A stretch of DNA of 64,000 bases from an uncultured Candidatus Saccharibacteria bacterium. Lineage in GTDB: Bacteria > Patescibacteriota > Minisyncoccia > Phycocordibacterales > SBAW01. This document shows, one piece after another, positions 1-8,872 of this stretch (the stretch's first letter is position 1; the number at the start of each line of letters is the position of its first letter). Location of the stretch: contig CAZTNI010000001.1 in assembly GCA_964615415.1 (NCBI GenBank), positions 25,290-89,289 of the forward strand. The letters run 5' to 3'. The position numbers were made by a program, and so were the translations under genes. The notes beneath the pieces were generated by a model. That model was not told the origin of the DNA. It did not search any database and worked only from the letters and a program-made list of their open reading frames with translations.

Positions 1-1938
1 TGATGCTGGCTGTGAGCCTGCAGTTACAGAAAGTGAGCCAGCCTTCACCGTCATGGTGTTCATGTCGAACGTACCAGTTGAGATGGTGATGCTGTTACCT
101 GAAGTCTGACCAACTGGTGATGACCAGCTAGACGGAACGGTAGTAGCGTAGATCGTTGCGTTGTTTGAAGCAGTAGATGGGAGCTTACCCTTGATGGTGT
201 AAACCTTGCGACCTACTGGGAAGGTAACTGAGTCAGTGAAGGTTGCAGTCATAACACCTGATGACCAAGTGGTATCAACTGGACCTGCAACAACTGCACC
301 ATTCGAGTCAACAATAGTAACTGAAGTCAAAAGACCAGTTGCTGCTGTTGAAGTTGAGAAGGTAACAGTCATGCCTGAAACAGCAACTGCCTCACCTGCG
401 AAGTTAGTTGCGAAACCGCCGAGAGGCTGGTTAGCAACACCCGGAGCGATGTTCTGAGAAGCAACCTCCGTAGCCTTGCCGATAAGAGTTACTGTACCTG
501 GGTTGATGGTAACAGTGTACGCATCATACCAAGGAGTGTACGTACCTGATGGAGCTACACCATAGTTGTAGGTCTGACCAACAAAGTATACATCTGTAAC
601 TTTGTCGATATCAAACGCAACAGTGCGTGATGCGCTGTTTGAACCAGTGAGGTCACCCTGTACGTATACGTCAACTGAGTTGCCCTTGAGGATTGTTACA
701 CCGCCTGGGAACGTAGTTGTGTAGTAACGACCTGTTGCATCGATAGTTGCAGGATATGCAGTACCGTTTACATAGGTCATGATGTTGCTGATGTCAGCTG
801 CTGAAGCTGTACCAACCTGGCGCCAGCGGATGCTGAAGAGCTTAAGATCCTCTGCTGATCCTGCTGTGAAGCGGATACCAGAGAAGCGGACAGCTGTGTC
901 ACCGAGGTTCTTGTTCGTGTTTGCACCTGGGTCATACGAAGATGACGTAGTAGAAACTGAACCAAGAGACAACGTTGTGTTGATCGTGTGAGATGCGCCT
1001 GTGATCGGGAGAGAGCCTGCTACCGGGACAGTTGCAGCTACTGCAACAACCTGGAGAGAAACAATCTGGCCCGAAACGTTTGAAGCTGATGCAATGTTAC
1101 CTGCAACAGTGAGAGTCTTAGTCTCGCCAGGGTTGATGGTGAATGAATCACCGATCGTTGCCTGGTGGTTACTGTTGAGAGTCTTTGCAGTACCGAGCTG
1201 AACGCTGTTTGCTGCATCGATGAGCACAATGCCACCGAAGTTTGAGTCAACGCCGAGACCTGTGCGTTCAACTGTAATACCGTTAACCGTTGCTACGCTG
1301 CCAGAATTATTCTTGAGCGTAATAGTGGTGAACGGAACGCGTGCTGCACCCTGTGGTGCAAGAGCGTTAGCAGGCTGTGCACCTGCCATAACAGTGATAC
1401 CAGGACCAGTTACAACTGGGCCAGTAGAACCACCACCGCAGACAAGGGCTGCCTGAGCGCGGCTCTTAGCACCGAAGTAACCAGCGACCGGGGTAAGACC
1501 GTACTTGGTCTGGAACTTCATAACTGCGGCCTTTGTTGCAGGACCGAAGGTTGAAGTCTCGTTACCAGGAGAACCTGCACCAGTTGCTGCAACCATAGTT
1601 GCTGCATCACCGTTGAGGAACTTCTGGAGCGCCATTACATCTGCACCCGTAGAACCCTGTTGAAGGTCGCGAGTGTAGGTGTAGCACGTACCGCCAGTAG
1701 ACGGAGTTGAAGGATTGCCTGAAGTAGGCTGACCGCGGAGCGATGCGTTGACGTTGTTGATCGTCGTCTGATCAGCTCCGAACGATGAGAGGAGAGAAAG
1801 GATCGATGAGATCTGGCTCTCCGTCAAAGCCGCGCGAGCTGGTGCTGCAAAGCTGCCGAAGGCAACTGAAGCAACCAACGCTGCGCCGACCGCCAATGCG
1901 ATGAGGCGCGTAGAACTGTTAGTAAGGCTGATATTCAT
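1..1938 (-). CDS. Large secreted peptidoglycan-binding (PG_binding_1) surface/S-layer-like protein, 3'-truncated by the window edge
   Basis: Missing from the ORF track because no stop falls in the window. ATG at 1938 gives MNISLTNSSTRLIALAVGAALVASVAFGSFAAPARA (signal peptide), then CYTYTRDLQQGSTGADVMALQKFLN...GNETSTFGPATKAAVMKFQ (PG-binding motif), then Thr/Ser/Gly/Val-rich beta sequence. Confidence 0.85.
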   Translation of the reverse strand, partial: MNISLTNSSTRLIALAVGAALVASVAFGSFAAPARAALTESQISSILSLLSSFGADQTTINNVNASLRGQPTSGNPSTPSTGGTCYTYTRDLQQGSTGADVMALQKFLNGDAATMVAATGAGSPGNETSTFGPATKAAVMKFQTKYGLTPVAGYFGAKSRAQAALVCGGGSTGPVVTGPGITVMAGAQPANALAPQGAARVPFTTITLKNNSGSVATVNGITVERTGLGVDSNFGGIVLIDAANSVQLGTAKTLNSNHQATIGDSFTINPGETKTLTVAGNIASASNVSGQIVSLQVVAVAATVPVAGSLPITGASHTINTTLSLGSVSTTSSSYDPGANTNKNLGDTAVRFSGIRFTAGSAEDLKLFSIRWRQVGTASAADISNIMTYVNGTAYPATIDATGRYYTTTFPGGVTILKGNSVDVYVQGDLTGSNSASRTVAFDIDKVTDVYFVGQTYNYGVAPSGTYTPWYDAYTVTINPGTVTLIGKATEVASQNIAPGVANQPLGGFATNFAGEAVAVSGMTVTFSTSTAATGLLTSVTIVDSNGAVVAGPVDTTWSSGVMTATFTDSVTFPVGRKVYTIKGKLPSTASNNATIYATTVPSSWSSPVGQTSGNSITISTGTFDMNTMTVKAGSLSVTAGSQPAS

Positions 1939-2307
1939 AATTAACTAATTCGAACTTCTAATAATTACTTGTAATCACTTATAAAGCGAACAATTCTACC
2001 TGCCTTCAAACCCCCCGCATCGCTCCTATTAAAGGAGGGGGAGGCACGAAGTGTTTGGTAGCAAAAATAGGATGTGGAATTTCTGTCGTGCAATCGTAAC
2101 GGGACAAGGTAATTTCTGGAGAACACAAATACTGACGCTCTAAGCAATAATTGCTTACAACGTCTTCATGTAACATTTCGCGAACGCATCGCGTATTAAA
2201 TTGTCAACGAACCATCATGCAGACTTCACACCATCTTTACAGATATGCGGAATGACAGCCACTCGCACCATTATATAGGGCGCGTGAAGGTGCCTGCAAA
2301 AAAGCCG

Positions 2308-2316
2308 TGTGGATAA
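2308..2316 (-). promoter_or_regulatory. Perfect DnaA box (TGTGGATAA on + strand)
   Basis: Exact match to the TTATCCACA consensus on the minus strand; intergenic. Confidence 0.6.
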
Positions 2317-2443
2317 ACACTTTCGTGCTCATCTGACGAGCGGTCGACAAGAACGGTAATAAGCCCCCAGAGGGGCCGTTTCGTCGTTGTTTTCCGCCCA
2401 CAGAACATACACTAATTGGGCGCTAGAGTCAATCAATACACTC

Positions 2444-3184
2444 CTAGGCAGTGGGGGTGGCAAAATAGAGACTCCAGCGACGTTCACCCTCTCGCCGTAC
2501 AAGACCCTTATCTATAAGGCTTCCGAGCTCCCGCTGGACCGTTTTAGGGCTACAATTGCGCACCACAGCCGTTATGTCCTTTATGGAAACACCGTTGTTT
2601 TTCCTGACTATTTCGAGTATTAAGGACGTTCGTTCTCCTGGCTCTTCTGGAGTGGCCGGAGTAGGCTTTTCTTTCTTAGAAAAGTGTCCTTTTTGAGTGT
2701 CTTTAACAGTAACTGGCACACCCGACAAAGACTCAAACTCTGAGTGTATGGTCGGCGCTGCAGACTGGAGGTACAGGCTCTCCGGAACTGCAAAATCTTC
2801 AACCGATATAAACGGCGATGGGTGGCTACGTCCTGTTATCTTAGCCACCAACTGCTCATATTCGTTAATTAAAATAAGGCCAGTTTCTTTTCCTATAAGC
2901 CCTCGAGTGCCGAGGAGCCGCAACAGTGACAACAGTGCAAATAGCTCTCCCAAGAGCACCTGTACCGATACGCTTCCTGCCACCATGCGCACTATAAGAG
3001 AAGGAAGGGAAGAGGAGAGGGAAGTCAGAGCCTTAAAGTCAGAGTCGTCTGACGTATCAGACTTTTGCACCAACATTATAAGGACATGCGCAATTTTTTC
3101 TGACTTCAAATAGCAAAAGTACCAGTCGCTTTGACCTTTAAAAAGATCTGAATTTAATGCTGTTTTATGAAAGTCATTTTTCAT
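2444..3184 (-). CDS. Protein with C-terminal winged-helix HTH (DeoR-like HTH) and helical N-terminal domain
   Basis: C-terminus RTSLILEIVRKNNGVSIKDITAVVRNCSPKTVQRELGSLIDKGLVRREGERRWSLYF is a wHTH pattern; no DeoR sugar-binding domain. Confidence 0.8.
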   Translation of the reverse strand: MKNDFHKTALNSDLFKGQSDWYFCYLKSEKIAHVLIMLVQKSDTSDDSDFKALTSLSSSLPSLIVRMVAGSVSVQVLLGELFALLSLLRLLGTRGLIGKETGLILINEYEQLVAKITGRSHPSPFISVEDFAVPESLYLQSAAPTIHSEFESLSGVPVTVKDTQKGHFSKKEKPTPATPEEPGERTSLILEIVRKNNGVSIKDITAVVRNCSPKTVQRELGSLIDKGLVRREGERRWSLYFATPTA

Positions 3185-3288
3185 GCCGAGATTTTATGTC
3201 CTATACCCTGTCCTATCTAATGTCCTTTAAAAAGTTATCCACAATCAAGGACATCTGTGTCTTTAATCGTAGCTCTCGTTTCCTTTAA
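2575..3288. repeat. Cluster of TGTCCT(W) repeats inside and upstream of the wHTH gene
   Basis: Exact TGTCCT/AGGACA at 2575, 2685, 3081(rc), 3197, 3209, 3221, 3248(rc). Near matches at 2621(rc), 2698, 3132, 3258, 3279. The copies at 3197/3209/3221 are spaced exactly 12 bp. Confidence 0.8.
3235..3243 (+). promoter_or_regulatory. Perfect DnaA box TTATCCACA
   Basis: Exact consensus in the wHTH/ftsK divergent intergenic region, embedded among the TGTCCT repeats. Confidence 0.65.
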
Positions 3289-3324
3289 GCGCAATCTAGA
3301 AAGAGCCGTGATACTATGGTGTGC

Positions 3325-5559
3325 ATGGCGCGCAAGAGTAGTAAACGAGAAAGTCGGTTTAATCCCCTTGCCTCTCTCCCTACCGACACAAAAAAATCCG
3401 TTATTGTTGTGCTCTTCATTATTGTTGGCATGTTCTTAACCCTCGCCGCGTTTGGATACGCTGGCGTTGTTGGTACTGATGCGTACCAGTTCTTTGTGTA
3501 TCTATTAGGGGTTGGTTACTTCCTCCTCCCTCTCCTCTTTTTCCTTCTTGCAGGTAACATGTTCCGAGCCGAGGATTCTGCCTCAGGCCTTTCCCCTTTC
3601 AAAATTATCGCGAGCGCTGTGTTTATTTTTGCCGGCTTGGGCTTTGTAACTATTGTGAGTGGAGACGGTGGCCTCGTAGGGTCTTCTATTGCTGACCCGT
3701 TGGTTGAATTGTTCGACATGTACGTCGCCATGATCGCTTTAGGAGGAGTATCTCTTATTTCACTCCTTATACTGCTTGAGGGGCGCATCTCACTAGAGCC
3801 GTTTGCATTTTTCAAACACCTCATCACCTTCCCTGCGCAACTATATAGAAAGCTCTTTAAGCGCTCTGACGCAGGAGAAGATACGGAACTACTTGTAAAC
3901 GGTGCGCCTATAGAAGACGAAGAGGAGGGGGCGCAAGACGAGGAGCCTCAAACGTACACCAAACAGGCTCCCGAACCTGCCAAGGCTCAAAAAGCTGCCG
4001 AGGCGCAACCAGCACAGACTGGCGGCGGACTCTTCTCTACTCTTGAAGGGTTGCTTGGAGAATACACACCCCCGCCACTTTCTTTGCTTGAGAGAGACAA
4101 GGGCCGCCCAGGCGTGGGAGACATAAAAGCAAACGCAAATATCATTAAGCGCACGCTCGCTAACTTCGGTATTGTTGTAGAGCTCGACGAGATTTCTATA
4201 GGACCGTCAGTTACCCGCTACGCGATTAAACCCGCAGAAGGAGTTCGCCTTTCAAAGATTGTTGCTCTGCAACAAAACTTAGCGCTTGCGCTTGCAGCAA
4301 AGGGCGGTATCCGTATCGAAGCTCCAATTCCAGGCAAATCGCTCGTCGGTATTGAAGTGCCAAACACCGCAAAAGTGACTGTAGGCCTTGGTACCTTGCT
4401 CGACTCGAAAGATTTTTCTGATTCACCGAAACCACTTCTTGTGGCGCTTGGGCGCGATATTACCGGCAACTCAATCTTTTCAAATATCGCGAAGATGCCG
4501 CACGCGCTTGTTGCAGGTGCAACAGGCTCAGGCAAGTCGGTAACGATCCACGCCATAATTAACTCGCTCCTGTTCCGCTGCGGTCCACAACAGCTCCGCT
4601 TCCTCATGATCGACCCAAAGCGTGTTGAATTGACGCTCTACAACGCAATCCCACACCAACTCACTCCTGTAATTACTGATCCTAAGAAAGCTATTGCTGC
4701 TTTGCGCTGGGCCGGCAAGGAAATGGATCGTCGCTACAATATCTTGCAAGAAAATCGCGTTCGCGACATTGGGTCATATCACGAAAACATTCTTGCACCC
4801 GCGCTTGAAAAACTCCGCAAGAAAGGCGCACCAGATGAAGGTGAAACTGTGCCGGAAGCAATGCCATACATTGTCATTATTATCGATGAGTTGGCGGATA
4901 TTATGCAGACCTTCCCTCGCGAACTTGAAGCAGCGATCGTGCGCCTTGCACAGATGAGCCGTGCGGTCGGTATACATCTTGTCCTTTCAACACAGCGTCC
5001 GTCTGTAAATGTTATTACCGGTCTTATTAAAGCCAACGTTCCAACACGCGTTGCGCTGCAAGTAGCTTCACAAATAGACTCCCGCACTATCCTTGACCAG
5101 GGCGGCGCAGAAAGCCTGCTCGGCGCGGGCGACATGCTCTACCTTTCTACCGACATGAATAAACCGACGCGCTTGCAAAGCGCATTCATTAGCGAAAACG
5201 AGGTTAAAAAAGTTGTCGACTTTATTACAGAAAACAACGAAGCGGAGTTGCCTATCGATATCGGCGCGACACAAAGCAGCTCAGGTGGTAGCAGTGGTGG
5301 CGGATTCGATAGTGAAGGTGGTGACGATGTTGATGATGATATGTATGAAGCAGCGCGTGCTGCGGTGATTGAAGCTGGCAAAGCTTCTACGTCGTATATC
5401 CAGCGCAAACTCCGTGTAGGATACGCTCGCGCTGCGCGCCTTATGGATATTCTTGAGGAACGAGGTGTAATTGGTCCTGCAGACGGCGCAAAACCACGTG
5501 AGGTGCTCGACAAAGGCGGCACGGCTCCTGCCGAAGCAGGCCAATCCGGCGAACTATGA
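3325..5559 (+). CDS. ftsK: DNA translocase FtsK/SpoIIIE
   Basis: N-terminal TM helices; Walker A GATGSGKS; IDPKRVEL; IIDELAD; QRPSV; gamma domain STSYIQRKLRVGYARAARLMD. Start moved to 3325, 7 nt after a TACTAT -10. Confidence 0.97.
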   Translation: MARKSSKRESRFNPLASLPTDTKKSVIVVLFIIVGMFLTLAAFGYAGVVGTDAYQFFVYLLGVGYFLLPLLFFLLAGNMFRAEDSASGLSPFKIIASAVFIFAGLGFVTIVSGDGGLVGSSIADPLVELFDMYVAMIALGGVSLISLLILLEGRISLEPFAFFKHLITFPAQLYRKLFKRSDAGEDTELLVNGAPIEDEEEGAQDEEPQTYTKQAPEPAKAQKAAEAQPAQTGGGLFSTLEGLLGEYTPPPLSLLERDKGRPGVGDIKANANIIKRTLANFGIVVELDEISIGPSVTRYAIKPAEGVRLSKIVALQQNLALALAAKGGIRIEAPIPGKSLVGIEVPNTAKVTVGLGTLLDSKDFSDSPKPLLVALGRDITGNSIFSNIAKMPHALVAGATGSGKSVTIHAIINSLLFRCGPQQLRFLMIDPKRVELTLYNAIPHQLTPVITDPKKAIAALRWAGKEMDRRYNILQENRVRDIGSYHENILAPALEKLRKKGAPDEGETVPEAMPYIVIIIDELADIMQTFPRELEAAIVRLAQMSRAVGIHLVLSTQRPSVNVITGLIKANVPTRVALQVASQIDSRTILDQGGAESLLGAGDMLYLSTDMNKPTRLQSAFISENEVKKVVDFITENNEAELPIDIGATQSSSGGSSGGGFDSEGGDDVDDDMYEAARAAVIEAGKASTSYIQRKLRVGYARAARLMDILEERGVIGPADGAKPREVLDKGGTAPAEAGQSGEL

Positions 5560-5933
5560 GAACCACGCCCACGCTGCGACGCGCACTCTTTGGTATAGGC
5601 AGTGTTTTCCTTGTTGTTGGTATCGTCGGGTACGGTTTCTTTGAAGCGCGGAGACTTGTGCAAGGTCCGATAATCACTATACTTGCCCCAGTGGACGGAA
5701 GCGCCACTTCTTCCCCCACCGTCACTATTTCAGGTATCGCAGAAAACGTTTCGTTCTTAAGCATCAACGATCGCGCAATTTTAACTGACGAGCAGGGCCA
5801 TTTTTTAGAACACATTGCCCTGCCTCAAGGAGTGTCCGTGCTTTCTGTCGCAGCAAAAGATCGGTTTGGTCGCAGTACTTCACGTCTGATCCACATTACT
5901 ATCGTAACCTACTGTCCATTGGGCTCGGCATAA
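5556..5933 (+). CDS. Small membrane-anchored Ig-like domain protein
   Basis: N-terminal TM, then [12 protein letters not shown]...VTISG...INDRAI...G.F...L..G...V.A.DRFGR (bacterial Ig-like); ATGA overlap with the ftsK stop. Confidence 0.75.
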   Translation: MRTTPTLRRALFGIGSVFLVVGIVGYGFFEARRLVQGPIITILAPVDGSATSSPTVTISGIAENVSFLSINDRAILTDEQGHFLEHIALPQGVSVLSVAAKDRFGRSTSRLIHITIVTYCPLGSA

Positions 5934-5952
5934 ACAGCTCACCTACACATAT

Positions 5953-7035
5953 ATGGCAAAATTTGGCAAAGATAAGGAAAAGAAAGCTCCTCGCAGCGAA
6001 CGAGACAACAGCTCAATTGAAGCAGCTATCCGCGAGATCCAGACCAAGTTCGGTGACGAAGCGATTATGAAGCTAGGTGACGCTCCAAAGGTGGACGTCG
6101 ATGTTATTCCTTCAGGCTCTATTGGTCTCGACTGGGCACTTGGCATTGGTGGCTACCCTCGCGGCCGCATTATCGAAATTTTTGGTCCAGAATCATCAGG
6201 CAAGACTACCCTCACCCTGCACGCCATCGCTGAGGCTCAGAAAAAAGGCGGCGTATGCGCATTTATCGACGCAGAACATGCGCTCGACCCAGACTATGCA
6301 CAAAAAATTGGCGTAAACATCAACAACCTCCTTGTGTCACAGCCAGATACAGGCGAACAAGCACTCGAGATCGTTGAGTCGCTCGTACGCTCCGGCAAAC
6401 TCGACATTATTGTTGTCGACTCCGTAGCTGCTCTTACACCGAAAGACGAGATTGAGGGCGAAATGGGCCAAAGCCATGTAGGTAAACAGGCTCGCCTCAT
6501 GTCTCAAGCACTTCGCAAGTTGACCGGTATCGTCTCGCGCTCAAAGACGGTAGTTATTTTCATCAACCAGATCCGCATGCAGATCGGCGTTATGTTTGGC
6601 AACCCAGAAACAACACCGGGCGGCAAGGCACTGAAGTTCTATACCTCAGTACGCCTTGATATCCGCCGCATTGCACAGATTAAAAAAGGTGAAGAAGTCG
6701 TTGGCGGACGCCACCGCGTAAAGGTTGTTAAAAACAAAGTTGCGGCTCCCTTCCGCACCACTGAATTTGACCTCATGTACAACGAGGGTATCTCAACCGA
6801 AGGCGAACTGCTTGCACTTGGCGAACGCCTTGGCGCAATACAGAAAAGCGGCTCTTCGTACAGCTTTGGCGAAGAAAAACTCGGCCGTGGCTACGACGCA
6901 GCACGCACATACCTTCGAGAAAATAAAAAGGTGTCTAACGACCTCCTGAAAGCAATCAGAAAAGGTCTTGAGGAAAACGCCTCAAGCGGTAGCAACGCGG
7001 GTAGTGGTGAAGGATCGAGCGACTCGGACGAATAG
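5953..7035 (+). CDS. recA: Recombinase RecA
   Basis: [49 protein letters not shown]. Confidence 0.99.
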   Translation: MAKFGKDKEKKAPRSERDNSSIEAAIREIQTKFGDEAIMKLGDAPKVDVDVIPSGSIGLDWALGIGGYPRGRIIEIFGPESSGKTTLTLHAIAEAQKKGGVCAFIDAEHALDPDYAQKIGVNINNLLVSQPDTGEQALEIVESLVRSGKLDIIVVDSVAALTPKDEIEGEMGQSHVGKQARLMSQALRKLTGIVSRSKTVVIFINQIRMQIGVMFGNPETTPGGKALKFYTSVRLDIRRIAQIKKGEEVVGGRHRVKVVKNKVAAPFRTTEFDLMYNEGISTEGELLALGERLGAIQKSGSSYSFGEEKLGRGYDAARTYLRENKKVSNDLLKAIRKGLEENASSGSNAGSGEGSSDSDE

Positions 7036-7308
7036 AGAAAGCAGCGCAGCGCCTCCCACAAGTAGCCACACTTGCACCACAAGTGTGGTACTTACTATCG
7101 CAGAAACCACAAAGGTGGCGACCCCTGTCATGCCCCCATTAGTCACCGCAAGAAAGTTTTGCGCTACGTTTGGCACTGACACAAACGTACTAATGCCAAT
7201 TATCGACGCAACAAGTGCGTAGCACTGCAGCGCGAACGGGTTCGTAAGTTTACGTACGGTATATATAAGCCCGACAGAGGCCATTACTTTTTTCTCGAGA
7301 GTGGTCAT
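6982..7308 (-). CDS. Small membrane protein coupled to the ECF sigma gene (candidate anti-sigma)
   Basis: 108 aa with 2-3 hydrophobic helices; start overlaps the sigma-factor stop. Confidence 0.6.
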   Translation of the reverse strand: MTTLEKKVMASVGLIYTVRKLTNPFALQCYALVASIIGISTFVSVPNVAQNFLAVTNGGMTGVATFVVSAIVSTTLVVQVWLLVGGAALLSLFVRVARSFTTTRVATA

Positions 7309-7892
7309 GGTGTGTTGTTGATGGAATTATAAACCCGTTTGAATTCTTGTTTTGCTCGATGTACACGTGTCTTGATGGCCCCCACAGACACTCCTTCAGT
7401 AGCGGCTATTTCTTCCTGCGACTTCCCTTCTATAAAAAAGGCTGCGAGCGCGTTTGCAAACATGTCAGGCATTCGTTTCAATACTGAGGCAACTACGTCT
7501 GAAAGTTCTTTCTTGCCAAACTGCTCAACACTCTTGTCCGGAATCAGTTCCAAAATTTCTGGCTCAAGGTCGGCACGCACTCCCCGCTCCCTCTTCCCTT
7601 TCATGTAGTGCGTAAGCGCCGTGTTAACCAAGATGCGATACCCCCAGGACGAGAATGTAGCCCCCTCCACCTTCTTAAACTTCTTTGCATTAAGGTAAAT
7701 CTTGGTGAAAGCTTCTTGGACCACGTCTTCAGCCTCTTCTTTACCACGCACAATGCTGAGTGCTTTGCGCAAGAAAGGCGCTTCATACTTGCGTACGAGA
7801 TGTACAAAGAGCGAAGGATGCGTAACTGAAGCCGCCAGCAACTCTTCGTCGCTATATGCCCCAATATCCTCGTCTTCTAGATACTTCCCCAT
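7305..7892 (-). CDS. ECF (sigma-70 group 4) RNA polymerase sigma factor
   Basis: Region 2 EEAEDVVQEAFTKIY...FSSWGYRILVN; region 4 GKSQEEIAATEGVSVGAIKTRVHRAK. Start at 7892 or 7910. Confidence 0.92.
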   Translation of the reverse strand: MGKYLEDEDIGAYSDEELLAASVTHPSLFVHLVRKYEAPFLRKALSIVRGKEEAEDVVQEAFTKIYLNAKKFKKVEGATFSSWGYRILVNTALTHYMKGKRERGVRADLEPEILELIPDKSVEQFGKKELSDVVASVLKRMPDMFANALAAFFIEGKSQEEIAATEGVSVGAIKTRVHRAKQEFKRVYNSINNTP

Positions 7893-8001
7893 GGTTACAG
7901 GATATATCATAGGCTACTCCTTACAACTCTTGTGGATGGAAGAAGTTTCAAGTACACTGCCAGTATTGCCCGCCAGAACCGGCGGATTTTAATTTAAAAA
8001 T

Positions 8002-8571
8002 ATGTTGGAATATAACGAAATTCTCCCTAAAAAGGTTATTTTACTCGACGGCGAACCGTACGAAGTGCTTGACGCACACGTCTTCCGCAAGCAGCAGCGC
8101 AAGCCGGTTAACCAGACCAAGCTTCGCCACCTTATTACCGGCAAGGTAACTGAACAGGCGTTCCATGTATCTGAAAAGGTTGAAGAGGCTGAACTCTCGA
8201 GCAAGGAGGTAAAGTACCTCTTTACCAACCGCGGCGAGTTCTGGTTCTGCGACCCAAGCAATCCTGCAGATCGCTTTAAGCTCGACGCTGCAGTAATCGG
8301 TTCACAGTCTGCGTTCATGAAAGTAAACTCAACAGCCGAGGCGATTATCTTTGATGAAAAAATTATCGGCTTACGTATGCCTATTAAGGTTGATCTTGTT
8401 GTAAAAGAAGCTCCTCCTGCGGTACGCGGCAACACCGCACAAGGCGGCACCAAGCAGATTGTGCTTGAAACAGGCGCCACAGTGAACGCTCCCCTCTTCG
8501 TAAACGAAGGAGATATTGTACGCATCAACACACAAGAAGGAGTCTACGTTGAGCGCGTCGACAAGAAGTAA
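8002..8571 (+). CDS. efp: Elongation factor P
   Basis: DGEPYEV; PPAVRGNTAQGGTKQIVLETGATVNAPLFVNEGDIVRINTQEGVYVERV; tip loop is non-canonical (RKQQRKP). Confidence 0.93.
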   Translation: MLEYNEILPKKVILLDGEPYEVLDAHVFRKQQRKPVNQTKLRHLITGKVTEQAFHVSEKVEEAELSSKEVKYLFTNRGEFWFCDPSNPADRFKLDAAVIGSQSAFMKVNSTAEAIIFDEKIIGLRMPIKVDLVVKEAPPAVRGNTAQGGTKQIVLETGATVNAPLFVNEGDIVRINTQEGVYVERVDKK

Positions 8572-8579
8572 CAAGGGCA

Positions 8580-8649
8580 CAAACTAAAAATACCCCTGTG
8601 CTCCGGAGAGATATACCTCACTCCTGCACACAGGGGTATTTTTAGTTTG
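8580..8649. terminator. Bidirectional terminator-like hairpin with conserved 20-nt core (copy 1)
   Basis: Perfect 21-bp inverted repeat 8580-8600/8629-8649 around GGAGAGATATACCTCACTCC (8605-8624), between convergent efp and rpsR. Confidence 0.8.
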
Positions 8650-8660
8650 CGAGTACGCTA

Positions 8661-8852
8661 CTAGCGAACGATAAACGGCATGAGCGCCATGAAGCGTGCG
8701 CGTTTAATCGCCTGAGAAAGTTCACGCTGTGCTGCCGCAGTAAGACCAGTGCGGCGACGTGGCATGATTTTGCCATGTGGATTAACGAACTTCTTCAAAG
8801 TCTCGATGTCTTTGTAATCAATATGTTGGATTTGTGTGTATTCTTTTTGCAT
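8661..8852 (-). CDS. rpsR: 30S ribosomal protein S18
   Basis: [13 protein letters not shown]...[10 protein letters not shown]...[19 protein letters not shown]. Confidence 0.97.
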   Translation of the reverse strand: MQKEYTQIQHIDYKDIETLKKFVNPHGKIMPRRRTGLTAAAQRELSQAIKRARFMALMPFIVR

Positions 8853-8872
8853 AAACGTGTGTTGATGAAACT

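Noticed and set aside
206-1456. Short ORFs listed in the track within 1-1938
   Set aside because: They are shadows or alternative frames of the long minus-strand surface-protein gene.
2315-2390. Hammerhead-ribozyme-like words (CTGACGAG on +; CAGATGAGCACGAAA on -)
   Set aside because: The plus strand lacks the downstream GAAA after a stem II; the minus strand has CAGA instead of CUGA and no proper stems I and III.
2308-3290. This locus being the main oriC
   Set aside because: Only two DnaA boxes and no clear AT-rich unwinding element; dnaN at the far end and the minus-strand gene bias point to an origin beyond 64000.
5557-5559. Alternative genetic code (UGA = Gly, as in Gracilibacteria)
   Set aside because: TGA terminates ftsK and other genes at the expected lengths, and conserved genes are intact under code 11.
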